Origin: a bacterium
GTDB lineage: Bacteria > SAR324 > NAC60-12
Direction: 5' to 3'
NCBI GenBank assembly: GCA_965205865.1
Contig: CBDBHR010000010.1
Span: forward strand, 48,710-112,709
DNA length: 64,000 nt
Made by a program: the position numbers and the translations under genes. Of this stretch, positions 53,230 to 63,138 are shown piece after piece. Numbering within the stretch: position 1 is the first letter of the stretch; every line of letters starts with the position of its first letter. Below the pieces are notes generated by a model. The model was given only the letters and a program-made list of their open reading frames with translations, did no database searches and was not told where the DNA came from.

Positions 53230-54129
53230 ATGGTGAATGATAAGCAACAGTTAAGAGCAAATCATGAGCGAGAGGACATCCTCACGAAATACGCCCGTGA
53301 TGGGTACTACTTCCCCATCAAAGTACTGTCGCCTGCTGAGGCATTCGGTTATCGTAAGATGCTGGAAGCGGAAGAAAACAATGGCAAGTACGATGATCAA
53401 GAAAAAAAGTTATTGTACAAATCTCCCAATTTCGTATTACCTTTCGTTGACGAAATCACCCGACTGCCAGCGATCCTGGAACCGGTGCAAGCGATTCTTG
53501 GGCCCAACCTCCTGGTTTTTGAAACGGTCTTTTTTATCAAGGAGGCCCACACCCCCCACTTTGTGAGCTGGCATCAGGATCTCACCTACTGGGGGTTGGA
53601 TGAGCTATCAGAAGTCACTGCTTGGGTGGCGTTAACCCCTGCGACTGCGCAAAGCGGGTGCATGCAATTCGTTCCCGGCAGTCACCATAACCCGATTGGC
53701 GAACACCACGATACCTTCGAGGAAATCAATATGCTTTCGCGGGGTCAGGTACTCAGCAAAGAGGTCCGGGAGGAGGAGACCATCGATATTGTTTTGCAGC
53801 CGGGAGAACTGTCCCTGCACCATGGCAGAATGTTCCACGCCTCCCCGGCAAACCGCTCTGCAGACCGGCGTATTGGTTTGGCGATTCGCTACATTTCCCC
53901 TGAGATGAAATTGGTTTCAGGCGAAAAGCGGGTGGTGCGCTTGGTGGCCGGTGAAGACACTTTTGATCATTTTGAGAGGGCGGCTCCTCCCTCGGGAGTC
54001 ATGAGGGAAGCGGATAAAGCTGTTGCCGCCCGGAACAATCAGGTTCGCAATCGTATTAACTTTAAAGGAGCGGCGCGTCGTATCCCGGGTGCAGGGAGCC
54101 CCCTTCGCTCAACTCGAGCACGCTTTTGA
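53230..54129 (+). CDS. Phytanoyl-CoA dioxygenase (PhyH) family protein
   Basis: WHQD, PGSH, FHAS, RRIGLAIRY; last residues read into an IS630 remnant. Confidence 0.9.
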   Translation: MVNDKQQLRANHEREDILTKYARDGYYFPIKVLSPAEAFGYRKMLEAEENNGKYDDQEKKLLYKSPNFVLPFVDEITRLPAILEPVQAILGPNLLVFETVFFIKEAHTPHFVSWHQDLTYWGLDELSEVTAWVALTPATAQSGCMQFVPGSHHNPIGEHHDTFEEINMLSRGQVLSKEVREEETIDIVLQPGELSLHHGRMFHASPANRSADRRIGLAIRYISPEMKLVSGEKRVVRLVAGEDTFDHFERAAPPSGVMREADKAVAARNNQVRNRINFKGAARRIPGAGSPLRSTRARF

Positions 54130-54587
54130 AGGCGCTTCTTCGAATGCGATCTTCGCTGATCTTTGCAATAAAGCGTTTCATTTTGTTCAGCCACGAGGAG
54201 GAAGTTGGAATGAAATGCAGATGAAATCGAGGGTCTATTTTAAGCCATGCTTTCACTACGACCTGAGCGCTTTTTCCAATTTATAACATGTGACTATCAC
54301 ACCTACACTCGACTGCTGGGACCTGCCTTCATAATACCAATACTCTTCTTTTAGACCTCGCAGGCTGAGTGAGAACCACTGTTCCAGCGACGTCAAGATG
54401 ATGATTTATGAAATGTTAAAGGATTACTCGGCAATCATGAAAATTCCAGGATTGCTTGATCCGTCGCCCCAATCGATGAACCCTGTCATTCTGGGATGAA
54501 AGGCAAAATCAGAATCCCACCTGAAAAGCATTTTTCCAAACTTGCAAGCTTGACCCCCGAACAAACTTGCAAGCTTGACCCCCGAAC
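54118..54587 (-). mobile_element. Degraded IS630 fragment ending in a doubled GGGGTCA terminus (duplicate of 59958-60427)
   Basis: RFHLHFIPTSSSWLN; constant 5840-bp offset to the second copy; tandem CAAACTTGCAAGCTTGACCCC. Confidence 0.8.
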
Positions 54588-54694
54588 TAGTAGTGTATTG
54601 ACCGGTTAAAAAATTTCGAGATGATATATTTATGGGCTTGATATTTTGATTTTCCCTGCTATAATAGAGGCAACTTAACAATAAGGGAGTCAAA

Positions 54695-55159
54695 ATGAAA
54701 GCAATAAGTATCATAGAAATATACGAACGTTTCCCGAACGAGGAATCTGCACAAGATTTTTTAACAACCCTTCGCTGGGGCAACAAACCTGAATGCCCCT
54801 ACTGCCATTCCCACAAGATAGCCAGGCATCAAGAAAAGAAAAGGCGCAACAGGCTGCAATGCTGGGGTTGCAATAAGTCTTTCTCTCCTATGGTAGGCAG
54901 CATCTTCCATAAAAGCCATTTACCATTGAGAAAATGGTTTCTGGCTATTTGCCTAGTTGTCAATGCCAGGAATTCACTCTCGAATCGTCAACTTGGCCGT
55001 GATTTGGGTGTTGCTGTTCCTACTGCCTGGAGGATCGGAACAAAAATAAGGCAAGCTATGTTGAATGACCCGGCACAAAAAATGCTCTTTAAGGGTATCG
55101 TAGAAATGGATGAGACCTATATCGGGGGGATCTCCCAGAAGAGAGAACAAGAAAGATGA
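54695..55159 (+). mobile_element. IS1595 family transposase, 3'-truncated
   Basis: RW...CPYC..C..C zinc ribbon, GSIFHKSHLPLRKWF, GIVEMDETYIGG. Confidence 0.85.
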
Positions 55160-55232
55160 TGATGAGGGTTCAACCAGGGAACGTGAAACGAAAAAGCTCC
55201 TGTCCCGAAGGTGGGAACGAAGGTTCGATTCC

Positions 55233-55648
55233 TTGTTCGCCGCTTCATCGCTACTACGAACTTGTCCGACTTCCTGAAGACGTAGATATCGGGGTTATTT
55301 ATTAATTTTCCCGATCCGACTACCAATGGAATGTTGACAGTCGTCTTCAGGATCTCCCAGGTTCCGGTCAAGAAACTTCCACACATGCACCGGGTCTTTG
55401 ACTCCGCCAGGCTCAGCCGAGACTCACGCTAAGGCCTTCGGTTGATATTGCCTTCCCCACCAGACCACAAGGTCAGCGCCTGAAACTATGATTTCGGAGC
55501 TCAATACCGAGCCTATGTTCTCCCCTGTCAACGCTTAGCGCCTATCCTTGCGAATAACCACTCATGACTCGGGGACTCTGCGGGTCGTTACTGCCTTACC
55601 GAGTAAGAGACTTTCACTCTCTATTTCTTGCCAGCTTTCCTGGCGCAC
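55233..55648 (-). ncRNA. Group II intron 5' fragment (class E-like)
   Basis: Begins GTGCGCCAGG; near-identical to 62950-63465; no DV/DVI. Confidence 0.85.
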
Positions 55649-55662
55649 AGCCTGACCCCGAT

Positions 55663-56283
55663 TTAGGCTTTCGTCGCGCAGAAGTAACCTTTGGTACCGG
55701 ATTTGAAGGTGGCGCTTCGCCAACTTCCGGCAAATCCTTCTGCGGAGATTTCATGTACTTCCAACACTGTGTAGGCGCCATCGTAACGGATCAGGTCACG
55801 CTGGTTCGCGGTCGAGCCAAGCCGTAAAAGGATGCTACGCTCGCCGGTGTAGTTCCCCTCTAGTACGAGTACGCCGGGAGCCTGCGGGTCTTCACTGAGC
55901 AGACTGCCTACGCGATGTGCTCCAACCGCTTTGATATCGACGTCCGTGAATCCGTACAAAGGCGTTGATGCGCTGCCCAACGAGTCGAGTCCTTCCGGAG
56001 CATCGAGCAACGTGAGCGTGCCTTGCGCAGACCGGCCATCTGCGCCAAATGAAGGTTTTACGAGCGTCAACCGGTAACTACCGCTTCTGTCCGCCAAAGT
56101 CGCGTCCATGCTGAGGCTCCCGGAAACAGGCATACAAGCGTCTTGCTGTGAATTTCCAGTCTTGGATTCGCCTCCAACGATGGGTTTCACGAACGTCCCG
56201 CAACCCACCAGCACGGTGAGGGCAATCATGGTCAGAAATGCGCTCTTGTACCTACCCACGAGTCTCATTTTGCTACCCTTCAC
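55663..56283 (-). CDS. Hypothetical lipoprotein
   Basis: Lipobox LVGC; overlaps the upstream peptidase stop. Confidence 0.7.
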   Translation of the reverse strand: MKGSKMRLVGRYKSAFLTMIALTVLVGCGTFVKPIVGGESKTGNSQQDACMPVSGSLSMDATLADRSGSYRLTLVKPSFGADGRSAQGTLTLLDAPEGLDSLGSASTPLYGFTDVDIKAVGAHRVGSLLSEDPQAPGVLVLEGNYTGERSILLRLGSTANQRDLIRYDGAYTVLEVHEISAEGFAGSWRSATFKSGTKGYFCATKA

Positions 56284-58259
56284 TCGATTATGTCGACAAC
56301 GTTACCATCCGTATCGATCACCTGGATGGGACCTCTTATGACATCGTCGTAGTGATGAATTTGGTCTTCAGGGGCCCTTCTCGACGCAGTACCCGGGGAA
56401 GGCAGACGATACGGGTCGGCCTGAGAGACATCAACGGTATAGCCGAGATCGGCCAGAGACTGGATTGTGATCGCGCTCACCGGTTCCTCAGAACCACCTC
56501 CGCCGATTGTACTCATGATCTCGTTGCCGAAGACGGACTCCCGCCAGTGAGAGTCCCGGGAGCCGGCACCCCATTCTTCACCGTTTTCCACCGGCACCTT
56601 TTTTCCCCGGTAGTTTGCGCCGCCCGCATTGTTGAAAGCTGCAATGGCCAGTGGGCCCGAAAAATATGTGTCAGGCGCAGGATCAATCGGTTCGTAATTC
56701 TCATCGAGGGATGGATTTTGTAGAAAGCCGAATTTGTCCCAGGGAATACTACCAATCCCCAGAGCGTGTCCCATCTCATGCACGGCCGTGTCGAGAAAAT
56801 CAATCCTTGACATATCATTTATATCAGCAATGTCGAAGTGCACTATTCCCGTAACCGGCAGAAACGACTGCATCCTTACGACTCTCGTACCAGCATTTGC
56901 CCATGCGCCAGCGGGACCATCGATTTCTTCTAATTTCACCTCTATCAGCAAGTCATCGACAACGCCCAAGAAGACATAGTCACGAGTTTCATAAAACTTC
57001 GGGCTTTGCATGTCCAGCAGATCGCCTGTGATGATGGATTCCCATCTGTCAGCGGCTTGCTTGAACATCGCTCTCTGATCTGTTGTGAAAGCGCCGGTGA
57101 AAAGTAGATCGATATTGAAGTTACCCGGGTCCGATGCGCTTACCGACACTGAGATATCCTGGGATTTGTCATTCGAAGCGTTGGGATCGGTCGCTGTCAC
57201 CCTGACCGTGGCTGTTCCCTGCGAGCGCGGAATGAGTATCACCATACCGTCCGAAATCCGGGTACTTACATATCTACCATTGCTCGAAAGCGCCGTATAA
57301 TTCAGCTCTTCGGCCGGGTCGTCGAAGTAAAGCGACAAACAGGAATGCTTACTGCCCACAGTCGTCTTGAATACCGCAATTGCATCCACTTGCAGGAACA
57401 AACAATCAGGAAAGACTTCCCCCGCCATTTTTTCTACCAACACCGTGTGCCAATTCAATCCAATGTTGGAAAATCCATCGCTGCTTACGAGATCATAGGA
57501 ACCTGCGGTAGGTGAATCAAAGGTAAGATGGAAATTATAATGGAAGGGAAAATAATCAAAATTCAATTTAAGCAAACCTTCATTTTGGCCTTTTTTCGAG
57601 TAGGTATAACTCCCAGAAGACCCGCCGTCTAAGTTTGCATAAGTTATACGGAAACGGCCTTGAGGCATAATTTCAATAAGGTCCAAGTATGTTATCAAAC
57701 GTCTTCCTTCGAAAAGACGGCTGAACGCCTGCGGATCTGCCGGAGCGTGAGTGGCAGGAATATCGGTTAGCTGCCATATGCTTGAATCGCTTTCTCCTTC
57801 ATTGCAACCAAAGGTCGTGATCTTATCGGTATCCGAGGTGAAAGTGAGTTGGATTGTACAAGGGGAAGGATTGCCATTATAGAAATTCATCGTCAGTTCT
57901 CCCGTGTGCAGAACTGTTTTGGAATAGGTGTAGCTCCCTCTGTATTTTTGGCTGTCCCTGGCGTAAATGAATCGATTCTGAGACAGAAAATCGATATAAT
58001 GTTGGGCTGATGCTTGTAAACGTATGCCGGTTACGAGATTATTGAATGCATGCTGGTCTGCCGGAGCAAATGATATAGGTTCCTCATCATTGTCGCCATC
58101 ATCTGTTGGTCCAGAAGTGGTTTCCTCACCTTCGTCACCATCACCACTACCTCCGCCTCCACACCCGCCGAGCGAGACAACGATGACAAGCAGTGCGATT
58201 ACCAGAAGCTGAATTACAATTCTTACAGGTTGATCGATCGTAGTGAGTGATTTTGACAT
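56280..58259 (-). CDS. Leishmanolysin-like (M8) zinc metallopeptidase lipoprotein with Ig-like domain
   Basis: LGGC lipobox, VTATDP, HEMGHALG, SHWRESVFGNEIM, SLADLGY. Confidence 0.85.
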   Translation of the reverse strand: MSKSLTTIDQPVRIVIQLLVIALLVIVVSLGGCGGGGSGDGDEGEETTSGPTDDGDNDEEPISFAPADQHAFNNLVTGIRLQASAQHYIDFLSQNRFIYARDSQKYRGSYTYSKTVLHTGELTMNFYNGNPSPCTIQLTFTSDTDKITTFGCNEGESDSSIWQLTDIPATHAPADPQAFSRLFEGRRLITYLDLIEIMPQGRFRITYANLDGGSSGSYTYSKKGQNEGLLKLNFDYFPFHYNFHLTFDSPTAGSYDLVSSDGFSNIGLNWHTVLVEKMAGEVFPDCLFLQVDAIAVFKTTVGSKHSCLSLYFDDPAEELNYTALSSNGRYVSTRISDGMVILIPRSQGTATVRVTATDPNASNDKSQDISVSVSASDPGNFNIDLLFTGAFTTDQRAMFKQAADRWESIITGDLLDMQSPKFYETRDYVFLGVVDDLLIEVKLEEIDGPAGAWANAGTRVVRMQSFLPVTGIVHFDIADINDMSRIDFLDTAVHEMGHALGIGSIPWDKFGFLQNPSLDENYEPIDPAPDTYFSGPLAIAAFNNAGGANYRGKKVPVENGEEWGAGSRDSHWRESVFGNEIMSTIGGGGSEEPVSAITIQSLADLGYTVDVSQADPYRLPSPGTASRRAPEDQIHHYDDVIRGPIQVIDTDGNVVDIIE

Positions 58260-58516
58260 ATTTCCTCTTTTTTCCGGAGTTGCAACAGGAGGCGCTTGTA
58301 ACGGCGCCGGGTTATTGCCGACAAGACCAGGACTGAGGACACGTCCCGATTATTTATCCACTTGAAGGGAGTTACTCTGCAAGTTGGGATTAGGGATTCT
58401 TTTATTCACCGGGTGACCCGACAAATATCCAAGTCCAGTTCACTAAGAATATTCAGAAGCCGTTTGTCAAAAAAATACATGTCTACCAGATTTCCACTTT
58501 TTTGAATAGCAGATTG

Positions 58517-58660
58517 ATGTATCCAAGCGATTTAAGCGATCAGGAACGGTCTCAGTTTGAACATTTTTTTAAACGTTCCGACTCCCGGCGGGGCAAAAAT
58601 ATTCTTAGCAAACATACAATCGTCAATGCGATTTAATATGTGGTGAAAACAGGTTGTTAA
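58517..58660 (+). mobile_element. IS5 transposase N-terminal remnant
   Basis: MYPSDLSDQE...IVNAI*YVVKTGC. Confidence 0.7.
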
Positions 58661-58778
58661 GTGTGAAAACTGAAAACGATTCTAAAGATAAGGGGCATTA
58701 ATTGGGAAAAATAAAAGCGTATTAACGCCATACCAGTGTCGACATTTCAGGTAACCAATATCCTACACCATCATCCGT

Positions 58779-59786
58779 TCAACGATTCATGACGGTGATT
58801 TCATGATCTGCAACAGACTCGCCGTTTACATGCACCTCCATACGCCAAATTCCAGGAGGAACAGACACAATTATATTCCAGTACCAGTATGAATGGCGAT
58901 GCTCTTTTTGAAAGGTCACCCGTCTATCATATTCTTGTCCATTATTTCCACTACGTAAAACGACACGTAGCTCGTCACCTCTATCGCCTCCTGCTGCCGA
59001 AAGCCCTACACCCAGTGTCGAGCCCACAAAGATCGAGTCGATATTGGGTGGAGGATCCTTCACATCGTCAACTCCCGTTATCATTCCATCTTGCACGTTG
59101 TAGTCCATGAGCGTTAGCGGCCTGTCGTAGTGCGGTGGATCTCGCCACAGCTTTTCGAGAAAAGGGTCGATAACTTCTCCGCTTTTGCTTCGTAACTCGA
59201 AATGAAGATGAGGTGCTGTCGAACACCCGGAGCTACCGATGACGCCGAGTTCCTGTCCGGCTTTCACCTCTTGCCCTATCGAAATCTCGACGGAGCCTTT
59301 CTTGAGGTGGCCATAAATGGAACGCAACTCGTTCAAATGGGTTATCTCCACAAAGTTCCAGTCCCCGACACAAGATACGTTTCGATCGTATTCACCATCG
59401 TGAAGCGCAGTGATACGGCCCGCTGCTGCGGCAAGTATCGGGAAGTCGTTGTCCATCCAACGAAAGTTGGGAACATCGATGTCGACGCCATTGTGCCCAT
59501 CATATACCTTTGTACCTTCGCGGTAGTCACGAAGTCCCGGCCCGGGATCAAGATCCACATAATTGTTGATGACCCAGTCAACCCCGTCTACGCCAGGCAC
59601 GGGCCAATGAAGACGGAACGATTCAGGTTGCTGCTCTGTACCATTGTCATCACTTGTCGTCTTCTCACCATTGCCACCACTTGTCGTCTTCTCACCGTTG
59701 CCACCACCACCACACCCGGTGAGCATAGTCGAAACAAAAAAAGCGAATATCAGCAACCAAAGCGCATTATGTAAATTGTTTTTCAT
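58779..59786 (-). CDS. M23 family metallopeptidase lipoprotein
   Basis: LTGC lipobox, HNGVD, YGHL, GSSG.STAPHLHFE; duplicated GGNGEKTTS linker. Confidence 0.9.
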   Translation of the reverse strand: MKNNLHNALWLLIFAFFVSTMLTGCGGGGNGEKTTSGGNGEKTTSDDNGTEQQPESFRLHWPVPGVDGVDWVINNYVDLDPGPGLRDYREGTKVYDGHNGVDIDVPNFRWMDNDFPILAAAAGRITALHDGEYDRNVSCVGDWNFVEITHLNELRSIYGHLKKGSVEISIGQEVKAGQELGVIGSSGCSTAPHLHFELRSKSGEVIDPFLEKLWRDPPHYDRPLTLMDYNVQDGMITGVDDVKDPPPNIDSIFVGSTLGVGLSAAGGDRGDELRVVLRSGNNGQEYDRRVTFQKEHRHSYWYWNIIVSVPPGIWRMEVHVNGESVADHEITVMNR

Positions 59787-59809
59787 AAATTCCTCTTTGA
59801 TTTAGTCTA

Positions 59810-60427
59810 TTGACTTGTCAATACGTTTTAAAATTAGTCATTTGATAGACGGGTTTGAGTTTTTCAATTTTTTCTATGGCAATTTTAGTCCAGATAAAGG
59901 GTTTTGGATTACGATTGTGTGTTTCGAGAAAACTATGGAAAGCCTCGGTCGACTAAAGAACGCATTTGAAGACTCCTCTTCGAATGCGTTCTTCGCTGAT
60001 CTTTGCAATAAAGCGATTCACTTTGTTCAGCCACGAGGAGGAAGTTGGAATGAAATACAGATGAAATCGACGGTCTATTTTAAGCCATGCTTTCACTACG
60101 ACCTGCGCGCTTATTCCAATTTATAACATGTGACTGTCGCACCTACACTCGATTGGTGAGACCTACCTTCAAAATACCAATGCTCTTCTTTAAGACATCG
60201 CAGGCTGAGTGAAAACCACTGCTCCAGCGACGTCGAGTTGATAATTTATGAAATGTTAAAGGATTACTCGGCAATCTAAAAAATTCCGGGATTGCTTGAT
60301 CCGTTGCCTCAATTGATGAACCCTGTCACTCAAGGACAAAAAGCAAAATCAGAAACACACTTGAAATGCATTTTTCCAAACTTGCAAGCTTGACCCCGAA
60401 ACAAACTTGCAAGCTTGACCCCGAAAC
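59810..60427 (-). mobile_element. Degraded IS630 fragment, second copy, with doubled GGGGTCA terminus
   Basis: HNRNPKPFIWTK C-terminus; FIPTSSSWLN. Confidence 0.8.
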
Positions 60428-60484
60428 TGCCTTACCGAGTAAGAGACTTTCACTCTCTATTTCTTGCCAGCTTTCCTGGCGCAC
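60426..60484 (-). ncRNA. 59-nt 5' stub of the same group II intron
   Basis: Identical to 55590-55648. Confidence 0.8.
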
Positions 60485-60496
60485 GGCCTGACCCCA

Positions 60497-60600
60497 TTTA
60501 AGGCCGCCGTCGCTCGTGGTCTGGCCGGAGGTCTCGGTGTCCCAGTTACTGGCGGTGACGGCGCCATCGAAGTGGGTTGCCCCAACCAGGCCGCCGCTCC
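60497..60600 (-). pseudogene. GLUG-motif surface protein fragment
   Basis: GGLVG...VTASNWDTETSGQTTSDGG. Confidence 0.55.
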
Positions 60601-60694
60601 AAATGGATTTAGCCCGGCTCGTCCTTCCCAAAAGCTATGATGGATAGCCCCAAACATCTTGCGGCCTTCCTTGGAATCCTTTCTCTCTGAAGCT

Positions 60695-62344
60695 CTACGG
60701 ACGAAGGGCTGCAACTGCCTCTTCCAGCAGTATCTGATGGTACTCCAGGAAATTCTGACGCGTAACCGGGATGTAGGTATCGGGTTGTGCTGGGTTACCC
60801 TCCAGGACTTCGCCGTTTGGTCGAATTGTGTGACCAATACTCCACTGGAACTTCACCACAGGCCTTGTCGTACCTGGAAAGTAGAGTACTTCATCCTCCT
60901 CCCAAGTGTTGCTGTATCCTCCTGTGGGCACCCCCACGAAGACCCCGAGATCGTTATCGACAAGCATGGCAACGAACTGGTCCAGGTGTGAACCACCCCA
61001 GGTTCTGGCATTCATTATGGCCACCTTCCCACTGAAGTGTACAGGGGCAGGCTGGAGAATGCCGTCGGAATCCTTGGGCAGGTGGGCAAGTTTGAAGGGC
61101 ACCGGAGGGGTATATTCATCGCCGCGGCGGATCGCTTCGGTTGCATCGGTGTGCGCCCAATCGACCAACCACCTATGGCTTAGATTGAGACCGAATATGT
61201 CCGGCTCATCTGTCCTTACACTTATACGCATAAGTTCTCCAATCTTTTCCCTTCCAAGGTCGCTTAGACGGACATTACCGAATGTCGTGCGGAAAGGACG
61301 GTCAACCAACCGTTGTATCGCGTAGGCGCCGCGCGAACCGCCACTACTGTAAGTAACGTCTATGATCATGTCGTAGTCGAGTATCTGCTCCTGCTCCGCA
61401 TACTCCATCAGGTCAACGATGTCCTGGATCAGCGAGTACTCAAAGTCCAGCCATTCAAGCAAGATTATTCGCCGACTCCGGTCAAGCAGGATATTGAAAT
61501 TTTCCCTCTCCATGACCTCGACGAACCCAGGGTAGGTGTCAATTAAAGGCCAATAATAGCAGCCATTGCTATAAGGCAGCGAAACGTCGTATTGCTGACC
61601 CGACGGGCGCTCAAGGGTGAGGTTCAAGCGTTTTGAATATGAACTCAGCGGGACGCTGGCAACCTGTTTAGGCAACTCGTATGCCATTTGCCAATATAGC
61701 CCGTGAAGAGTGGAATGGTGAATCCAGGGAGCGAATTCGTCTATGTACGCCGACATTGACTGACGGTTGACGCCTACGATAATGTCACCGGGTTCCGGTG
61801 AGGACAACCCGTCACGAACTGCGGCGACAAAGAACATTGGATTCTTAATGTCCGAGTAGTCAGGAAGTACATGAATCGGTGCAGAGACGCATGGCATCCT
61901 TTCTGGGGGTTGCAAGCCGCCCTCAACCGGGCGCACCCGGAGATGTCTGTCACGCCGTGCGTTGCTGAGCTTCACTAGCGCGAAATACAGGTCCGCTTCG
62001 GTTTCGGAGGCGATGAACTCGGCACGGAGTTTCTTCATATCCTCCAGAGCGGAAAACCCTATGTTTCTTTCTTTGATCACTGAAAAGGCTTCCCGTTGTT
62101 CAGTCTTGCTAATGATCTCATCAAACAGCGGCTCCAGATATTCATCCCAATCCTTTGATGGACTATCATCTGGTGGACTATCATCACCAGCTGGTGGACT
62201 ATCATCTTGTGGACTATCATCACCAGCATTAGAACATCCATTCAAGACGCTTGCTCCCATGATGAGAGCCAGCATGAACACCATCATCAGCAAATTAATT
62301 TTCATAAACGATCCAAAAAGGATTCCCTTTTTCTTAATAGACAT
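60695..62344 (-). CDS. S41 peptidase-like lipoprotein with PDZ-like segment
   Basis: LNGC lipobox, DDSP repeats, PGDIIVGVN, IIDVTYSSGG, GVPTGG, EGNPAQPD. Confidence 0.7.
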   Translation of the reverse strand: MSIKKKGILFGSFMKINLLMMVFMLALIMGASVLNGCSNAGDDSPQDDSPPAGDDSPPDDSPSKDWDEYLEPLFDEIISKTEQREAFSVIKERNIGFSALEDMKKLRAEFIASETEADLYFALVKLSNARRDRHLRVRPVEGGLQPPERMPCVSAPIHVLPDYSDIKNPMFFVAAVRDGLSSPEPGDIIVGVNRQSMSAYIDEFAPWIHHSTLHGLYWQMAYELPKQVASVPLSSYSKRLNLTLERPSGQQYDVSLPYSNGCYYWPLIDTYPGFVEVMERENFNILLDRSRRIILLEWLDFEYSLIQDIVDLMEYAEQEQILDYDMIIDVTYSSGGSRGAYAIQRLVDRPFRTTFGNVRLSDLGREKIGELMRISVRTDEPDIFGLNLSHRWLVDWAHTDATEAIRRGDEYTPPVPFKLAHLPKDSDGILQPAPVHFSGKVAIMNARTWGGSHLDQFVAMLVDNDLGVFVGVPTGGYSNTWEEDEVLYFPGTTRPVVKFQWSIGHTIRPNGEVLEGNPAQPDTYIPVTRQNFLEYHQILLEEAVAALRP

Positions 62345-62718
62345 AACTTCTCCTTATCTTATTCAGGTTGAAGGAATTAATTAGAAAGGGGTCAGGCCTT
62401 GATTAAATGAAAAAGGGGCAAAAAAACTGGACTCGTTCCTAATCAAATAATCAAAGTCACCGTAAAGAACTGACTTATAGTGGTTTCCAGCCACCTTTCG
62501 TCATTCCTCCGGTACAGATCCGGACGTGCGCTGCTAACGCATCCGGCTCCTGCTTCGAGTCAGACGCTCAAACGTTGCCGTTTGGCGCACCCTGCTTAAA
62601 CCGCTCTCTGATTTTACCGGCCTCTGAGTTCCGAACACAGGAGGGCAAGCAGAATTCCTCTCAGCCAAGTCCCTTTGCTCCACAGGCTCCGTTGATTTCC
62701 TTTGCATTGTTACTTTTA

Positions 62719-62925
62719 CCTAAATTGAGCGATTCTATAAAAGAATCAGATTATTATGACGCTATATTCCCCGTCAGACCGGTCAAACTCTTGTATATTT
62801 CCCATAAAGCTCTCTACCCGTTGGGTTGTGCTCGATTCTATCGAAACAACAGTATTACTCACTGATATAAAATACTTTTTCTCCACGAGTAATAGATTTT
62901 TTTGTCATGAATCGCTCAATTTAGG
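62719..62925 (-). mobile_element. 207-bp IS1380-derived MITE
   Basis: Perfect 17-bp IR CCTAAATTGAGCGATTC; TTTTA target duplication; retains the transposase start region CACAACCCAAC.GGTAGAGAGCTTTATGGGAAA. Confidence 0.92.
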
Positions 62926-62981
62926 TTTTACTCTCTACAAATAATCTCATTGTTCGCCGCTTCATCGCTACTACGAACTTG

Positions 62982-63138
62982 TCCGACTTCCTGAAGAAGT
63001 AGATATCGGGGTTATTTATTAATTTTCCCGATCCGACTTCCTGAAGAAGTAGATATCGGGGTTATTTATTAATTTTCCCGATCCGACTTCCTGAAGAAGT
63101 AGATATCGGGGTTATTTATTAATTTTCCCGATCCGACT
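62982..63138. repeat. 3x 50-bp tandem repeat inside the intron
   Basis: Units start at 62982, 63032, 63082; single unit in the 55.2-kb copy. Confidence 0.95.

Noticed and set aside
62982-63138. Possible CRISPR array
   Set aside because: Head-to-tail identical 50-mers with no unique spacers and no cas genes; lies inside an intron
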